Assembly (NCBI GenBank): GCA_052390515.1
Contig: JBQTGV010000205.1
Span: forward strand, 1 to 11,499
Source: Candidatus Eiseniibacteriota bacterium
GTDB taxonomy: Bacteria > ARS69
DNA: 11,499 nt
Direction: 5' to 3'
The notes below the pieces were generated by a model. The model did no database searches. It saw only the letters and a program-made list of their open reading frames with translations, and had not been told where the DNA came from. This document shows, one piece after another, positions 6,772-11,499 of this stretch (positions within the stretch are counted from its first letter, which is position 1; each line of letters opens with the position of its first letter). Position numbers and translations under genes: made by a program.

Positions 6772-6798
6772 GGATCAGGCGCCCTCCGGAGGATGCTC

Positions 6799-9417
6799 GT
6801 GGCGATCCGATTCGCGCTGAACGGTGCTTCGCGAACGGTGGAGCCGTACCCGGGCGAGTCCCTGCTCGAAGTGCTCCGGGTGCGGTGCGGCATCACCTCG
6901 ACGAAGGACGGCTGCCAGCCGCAGGGTCACTGCGGCTGCTGCCTCGCGCTGGTGAACGGCGTGCCCAAGGTGGCGTGCGCGGTTCCTGCGGAGAAGGCGG
7001 ACGGCAAGGAGATCGTGACGCTGGAGGGCGTCCCCGCGGCGGAGCGGGATCTGCTGGCACGGTCGTTCGTGGCGGCTACGGGTCTGCAGTGCGGCTTCTG
7101 CATCCCCGGAATCGCGCTGCGGGCCAAGGCGCTCGTCGACGAGAACCCGCGGCCATCCCGCGCCGACATCAAGAAGGCGCTGCACGGCCACCTCTGCCGG
7201 TGCACCGGCTACGTCAAGATCGTCGAAGCGCTGGATCTCTACGCCAGGGCGAAGCGAGGGGAGGCCGACCCCCGCCCCGAGGAGCGCGGGCGCGTCGGCG
7301 ACCGGCTCGCGCGGTACGGGGGTGCCGCCGACGTGCTCGGTCTTCGCCCTTACGTCGATGATCTCGTGCTGCCCGGCATGCTGCACGCGGCGCTCGTGCT
7401 CTCGCCGCACGCGCGCGCGAAGGTGCTGCGCATCGATGGGGCGAAGGCGGCCGCGCACGCGGGGGTCGTGCGCGTGGTGACTGCGGCCGACGTCCCCGGC
7501 GAGCGCTGGTACGGCCTCATCTACCAGGACTGGCCGGGCTTCGTCGCCGAGGGCGAAGAGGTGCGCTGCGTCGGCGACGTGCTCGCCGCCGTGGCGGCGT
7601 CCGACGAGCACACCGCGCGCGAGGCCGCGAAACTCGTCGAGGTCGACTACGAAGTGCTGGAGCCGGTGACGGAAGCTGGTGCCGCCATCGCCCCGGGCGC
7701 GCCGCGCGTGAATCCGAAGCATGACAACGTGCTCTCGCGGACCGCCGTGAAGCGTGGGGACGCGGAGACGGCGCTCGCCGGGTCGGCGCACGTGGTGCAC
7801 GGTACGTGGAAGACGCAGCGCATCGAACACCTCTACCTCGAGCCGGAGAGCTGCGTGGCAGCGCCTCGCACCGACGGGCGCCTGCACCTCTGGACGCAGG
7901 GTCAGGGCGTGTTCGACGACCGCCGCCAGGTGGCGGCTTTCCTCGGGCTGGCCGAGGACGACATCTTCGTGGAGCTCGTCCCCAACGGCGGCGCCTTCGG
8001 CGGCAAGGAAGACATGTCGGTGCAGGCGCAGACCGCGCTCCTGGCGAAGCTCACCGGTCGGCCGGTCAAGCTCACGCTCACCCGCGAGGAGTCGATCCGC
8101 ATCCATCCCAAACGGCACCCCATCACTATGGAGTACACCGCGGGCTGCGACGACGCCGGCCGCCTCACCGCGGTGAAGGCGCGGATGATCGGCGACAGCG
8201 GCGCGTACGCCTCCGTCGGCATGAAGGTGCTGGAGCGCGCCGCGGGCCACGCCTGCGGGCCGTACCGCGTGCCGAACGTGGACGTGGAGTCGGTCGCGGC
8301 GTACACGAACAACCCGCCGTGCGGCGCGATGCGCGGATTCGGCGCGAACCAGGCGCAGTTCGCCATGGAAGGCGTGATCGATCTGCTCGCGGAGAAGGCC
8401 GGGCTCGACGGCTGGGAGATGCGCCGGCGCAACGTGCTGGAAGTGGGCGATCCGTTCACGACCGGACAGATCCTCACGAAGTCCGTCGGCATCGGCAAGA
8501 CGCTCGACGCGGTGCGGCACGCGTACTACGAAGCGAAGCGGAAGGGCAAGGCGGTGGGCATCGGCTGCGGCATCAAGAACAGCGGCATCGGGAACGGCGC
8601 GCAGGAATGGGGCAAGGCGCGGCTGGTCGTCGAGGACGACGGCACCGTCTCGCTCTACAACGGCTATACCGAGATGGGTCAGGGGCTGCTGACGGTGCTC
8701 GTGCAGTTCGCGGTAGAGGTGACCGGGCTGCCGGCGCGCGTCTTCAGCCCGAAGGTGGACTCGACGTACCAGCTTGCCTGCGGGCAGACCACGGGCTCCC
8801 GCGCTACGCTCTTCGGTGGGCGCGCCGTGGCCAGCGCGGCGGCGAAGCTGCGGGCCGAGCTCGACCTGGGGCGGACGCTCGCCGACATGGCTGGCGAAGT
8901 CTTCGCCGCGGACGTGCTCGTGGACGACACGACGGCACCCGGCAAGACGAAGGACGGGAAGATCAAGACGCACACGGCGTTCGGCTACGCCACGCAGGTG
9001 TGCATCCTGGACGGGGAAGGCCGCGTGGAGCGCTTCATCGCCGCGCACGACGTAGGCCGCGCGGTGAACCCGGCGCTCTGCGAGGGACAGATCGAGGGCT
9101 CCGTGCACATGGGGCTCGGCTACGCGCTCACCGAGGACCTGCCCTGCGAGAACGGATGGCCGGTGACGTTCAAGCTGCGCGAGATCGGTGCGCTGCGCGC
9201 GGCGGACATGCCCGAGGTCGAGGTGGTCCTGGTCGAGGATCCGGAGCCGGAAGGACCCTTCGGCGCAAAGGGCGTCGGCGAGATCGGGCTCGTGCCGACG
9301 GCGGGTGCGGTGGCCGGCGCGCTCTTCGCCTTCGACGGCGTGCGGCGCTTCGAGCTGCCCATGAAGGACTCGGCGGCCGCCAGGGCGATGAGCGTGGGGC
9401 GAATTCGGCGCAGGTGA
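6799..9417 (+). CDS. xdh: Fused 2x[2Fe-2S]/molybdopterin hydroxylase, selenium-dependent xanthine dehydrogenase-like (TIGR03311-type)
   Basis: GCQPQGHCGCC and QCGFCIPG...LCRCTGY FeS motifs. Moco motifs HLYLEPE, GGAFGGKED, GAMRGFG, GQIEG, KGVGE. IKNSGIG and HTAFGYATQV resemble the Se-dependent subfamily. No FAD domain. GTG 6799 lies 6 nt from the SD; ATG 6793 abuts the SD. Confidence 0.9.
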   Translation: MAIRFALNGASRTVEPYPGESLLEVLRVRCGITSTKDGCQPQGHCGCCLALVNGVPKVACAVPAEKADGKEIVTLEGVPAAERDLLARSFVAATGLQCGFCIPGIALRAKALVDENPRPSRADIKKALHGHLCRCTGYVKIVEALDLYARAKRGEADPRPEERGRVGDRLARYGGAADVLGLRPYVDDLVLPGMLHAALVLSPHARAKVLRIDGAKAAAHAGVVRVVTAADVPGERWYGLIYQDWPGFVAEGEEVRCVGDVLAAVAASDEHTAREAAKLVEVDYEVLEPVTEAGAAIAPGAPRVNPKHDNVLSRTAVKRGDAETALAGSAHVVHGTWKTQRIEHLYLEPESCVAAPRTDGRLHLWTQGQGVFDDRRQVAAFLGLAEDDIFVELVPNGGAFGGKEDMSVQAQTALLAKLTGRPVKLTLTREESIRIHPKRHPITMEYTAGCDDAGRLTAVKARMIGDSGAYASVGMKVLERAAGHACGPYRVPNVDVESVAAYTNNPPCGAMRGFGANQAQFAMEGVIDLLAEKAGLDGWEMRRRNVLEVGDPFTTGQILTKSVGIGKTLDAVRHAYYEAKRKGKAVGIGCGIKNSGIGNGAQEWGKARLVVEDDGTVSLYNGYTEMGQGLLTVLVQFAVEVTGLPARVFSPKVDSTYQLACGQTTGSRATLFGGRAVASAAAKLRAELDLGRTLADMAGEVFAADVLVDDTTAPGKTKDGKIKTHTAFGYATQVCILDGEGRVERFIAAHDVGRAVNPALCEGQIEGSVHMGLGYALTEDLPCENGWPVTFKLREIGALRAADMPEVEVVLVEDPEPEGPFGAKGVGEIGLVPTAGAVAGALFAFDGVRRFELPMKDSAAARAMSVGRIRRR

Positions 9418-10988
9418 CGCCGCCGGCGGCGACGCTCCGTTAGATCGCGGCGCAGGTAGAAGCCCGCCGTCGGTGAGCCGGCGGCCGGCCGCTCTTCCCA
9501 GACGGGCGCATACATTTCCTCGAAGGTGCCGTCGAGATCGAGCCCTGCTCGGTCTCTCCAGTGGGAATGGACGTGGATCCCCTCCGGCCGCAGGTCGTGC
9601 AGCAGGTAGTCGTGTCTCGCCTTCGCGCTGCGCCCCACGGTGCGCCCCAGCGGACGGTCGATGAGCCCCATCAGGTCGACCACGCGGAACCTGTTCTCCC
9701 AGAGCGCACCGCCGACGTCCGGAGTGAGCACGGCGATGTCGCCGCCGAGGTGGCCGGCCGCCTGCGTGATGCGCTCGACTGTTCCTTGCACCGCCTGCAC
9801 GGAGAGAGCGGGGCTCGGCGTCAGCTCCGTGGTGCGCCGCCAGCCGTGGAGACCGGCTGCCGCCAGGCCGCCGGCGGCGATGACGGCGACGGCGATCCAC
9901 CCGGCGTGCCATCTTCGCGCAGCGTCCCAGAGGACGCCGAGAGCCGCCACGGGTCCGAACAGGAAGGCCGGAGTGGCGAAGCGGTACTCCGGCATCCAGT
10001 CCCCGCGCAGCGCCAGGAACGCCAGGACGGACGTCGCGAAGAGCGGAACGGCGACGTGGCGCGCCGCGGCGGCCGGCGTGGCGTGAAGGCCGGCGACCCG
10101 ACCCACCGCGTGGCACCCGAGCGCGATCCCGGCCATCGCGGCGCCGCCGGCCACGAGAACCACGCCCCCCGTGACAGGGAGAGGCCACCGCGCCAGCATC
10201 CAGGCGAAAACGGCCGAGCCCTCGCCGGCCTTGGCGTAGAACGTGTTGGGAAGGACGTCCTCGAAGAACACGAGCCGGAGCAGCGTGAGGAGACTCCACA
10301 ACCCGGCGAAGACGACGACGTAGGCCGTCACCGCGCGCGTCGACGGCCCGCTCCGCGCGGCGAGACCCAGGAAGAACGGTGGCAGCCAGAAGTAGAGCGC
10401 TCCGTCGGGCCGAGTGCAGAAGATCAGGAACATCACGAGGCCGGCGAGAGCGGCCTGCCGGACCGGCGTCCCCCGGACGGCCACCGTCGGCTCGCGCTCG
10501 CCGCCCGCGTCCGCGATGTCGACGAGACACCACCCCAGCAGCGCGATGGTGAGCGCGTACAGGGCGTTCTCCATCCCCGACGCGCTCCAGATGGCGAATC
10601 CCGGTGAGGCCGCGGTGATGCCGAGGGCCGCGCCGCCGAGCCACCGGGGGCGGCCGCCGGTCGCCGAAAAAGCCCTCGCCGTCAGGAAGAACGATCCCGC
10701 CACCGCGAGTGCCCCGAGCAGCTTCGGCGTCACCACCAGATCGAACGTGCCGAGCTTCATCGTCGCCGAGGCGATCAGCACCCACAGGAGGTTGGTGAAG
10801 CCCTCGACCGGGACCGCACCCGGCTGCGACACGAGCCCGTGCCCATCGGCGAGATTGCGCGCGTACGCGAACGAGATCGCCGCGTCGTCCACGATCCACG
10901 AACCCAGCCGGGATGCATGGGCGAGGTAGATCCCGAACGGAACCAGGATCGTCATGAGGGCGGCGGGAGTGGCCGAGATCGGACGCAT
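9120..10988 (-). CDS. Polytopic membrane protein, GT-C-fold glycosyltransferase-like (AftB/PMT-related)
   Basis: First-loop DD motif in WIVDDAAISFAYARNLADGHGLV..PG..PVEGFTNLLW, then SGMEN, TRPDG, LPNTFYAK, GDWMPEYRF, VVDLMGLID, and many hydrophobic segments. Start ATG 10988 (alternative 10955). The family-like part appears to end near 9441 (YLRRDL) but the frame stays open to 9120. Confidence 0.78.
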   Translation of the reverse strand: MRPISATPAALMTILVPFGIYLAHASRLGSWIVDDAAISFAYARNLADGHGLVSQPGAVPVEGFTNLLWVLIASATMKLGTFDLVVTPKLLGALAVAGSFFLTARAFSATGGRPRWLGGAALGITAASPGFAIWSASGMENALYALTIALLGWCLVDIADAGGEREPTVAVRGTPVRQAALAGLVMFLIFCTRPDGALYFWLPPFFLGLAARSGPSTRAVTAYVVVFAGLWSLLTLLRLVFFEDVLPNTFYAKAGEGSAVFAWMLARWPLPVTGGVVLVAGGAAMAGIALGCHAVGRVAGLHATPAAAARHVAVPLFATSVLAFLALRGDWMPEYRFATPAFLFGPVAALGVLWDAARRWHAGWIAVAVIAAGGLAAAGLHGWRRTTELTPSPALSVQAVQGTVERITQAAGHLGGDIAVLTPDVGGALWENRFRVVDLMGLIDRPLGRTVGRSAKARHDYLLHDLRPEGIHVHSHWRDRAGLDLDGTFEEMYAPVWEERPAAGSPTAGFYLRRDLTERRRRRRHLRRIRPTLIALAAAESFMGSSKRRTPSKAKSAPATAPAVGTSPISPTPFAPKGPSGSGSSTRTTSTSGMSAARSAPISRSLNVTGHPFSQGRSSVSA

Positions 10989-11124
10989 GGCGCCCGGGCG
11001 CTTGTAACACATCCCCCGCCGCGAGTCATCGAGCGGTGCGCCCACGGGAGCCGCGTCGTCGAGGGGCGGCCCTTGGCTCGGCGATCGCGTGCAGGTCCCG
11101 TCCTCGGGTATCATCGGGTCGCCG

Positions 11125-11499
11125 ATGGCCATCAACGCGCACACCCACATCTACAGCGCGCTCGCGCCGCTCGGCATGCCCTTGCCGACACGCTCACCTG
11201 CCAACTTTCTCGAGATCCTCGAGCGGGTTTGGTGGCGGCTGGACCGGGCGCTCGACGAGGCGAGCCTGCGCGCGTCGGCACGGCTCTACGCCGCGGAGTC
11301 GCTTCGCTTCGGGACGACGACGCTGATCGACCACCACGAGTCGCCGGGCTTCATCGAGGGCTCTCTCGATGTTATCGCCGACGCGTGCCAGGCCGCCGGC
11401 GTGCGCGCTCTGCTCTGCTACGGCGCGACGGAGCGGAACGCCGGCCGGGACGAGGCGAAGCGGGGGCTGGCCGAGTGCCGGCGCTTCTTGACCACGAAC
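11125..11499 (+). CDS. ssnA: SsnA-like metal-dependent amidohydrolase (partial, runs off the window)
   Basis: Manual translation, not in the ORF track: [19 protein letters not shown]...[18 protein letters not shown]...[20 protein letters not shown]...[14 protein letters not shown]. HxH metal motif plus SsnA-type WWRLDRAL and DHHxSP. Alternative start GTG 11089. Confidence 0.88.
   Translation, partial: MAINAHTHIYSALAPLGMPLPTRSPANFLEILERVWWRLDRALDEASLRASARLYAAESLRFGTTTLIDHHESPGFIEGSLDVIADACQAAGVRALLCYGATERNAGRDEAKRGLAECRRFLTTN

Noticed and set aside
9415..9445. xdh ends in TGA followed by the perfect palindrome CGCCGCCGGCGGCG (9418-9431): possible selenocysteine/SECIS or terminator
   Set aside because: The protein is already complete after the KGVGE region, read-through gives low-complexity Arg, and this family uses labile Se rather than Sec. 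There is no U-tract for an intrinsic terminator.
6775..11010. 1411-aa minus-strand ORF
   Set aside because: Antisense or alternative-frame shadow of xdh and the GT-C gene. Arg/Gly/Ala-rich with no motifs, as expected at high GC.
10999..11012. Minus-strand TGTGTTACAAG as an extended -10 for the GT-C gene
   Set aside because: Lacks the conserved final T of the -10 hexamer and has no clear -35; too weak to call.

Overview
High-GC bacterial chromosomal window with nine supportable genes. Two run off the edges and are absent from the ORF track: an octaheme c-type cytochrome lipoprotein (-, <1..1448) and an SsnA-like amidohydrolase (+, 11125..>11499). Between them, in order: an AMIN/Amidase_3/LysM cell-wall amidase, a secreted calcineurin-like metallophosphoesterase with a FlgD-Ig/T9SS-like C-terminal domain, a pyridoxamine-5'-phosphate-oxidase-family protein, a GT9 heptosyltransferase-like protein with a collagen-like 18-bp repeat tail, a VOC/glyoxalase protein, a fused 2Fe-2S/molybdopterin hydroxylase resembling selenium-dependent xanthine dehydrogenase, and a GT-C-type membrane glycosyltransferase that overlaps the hydroxylase antisense by 298 nt. 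Less obvious features are two 14-15 codon leader ORFs coupled by stop/start overlap to the next gene (one reads MCGI..., like an AsnB/GlmS N-terminus), two promoters sharing TTG-N18-TAGGCT, and several probable leaderless starts. The C-terminal domain type plus high GC suggests an FCB-related candidate phylum such as Eisenbacteria or Krumholzibacteria (inference). All family assignments come from motif recognition, not database searches.
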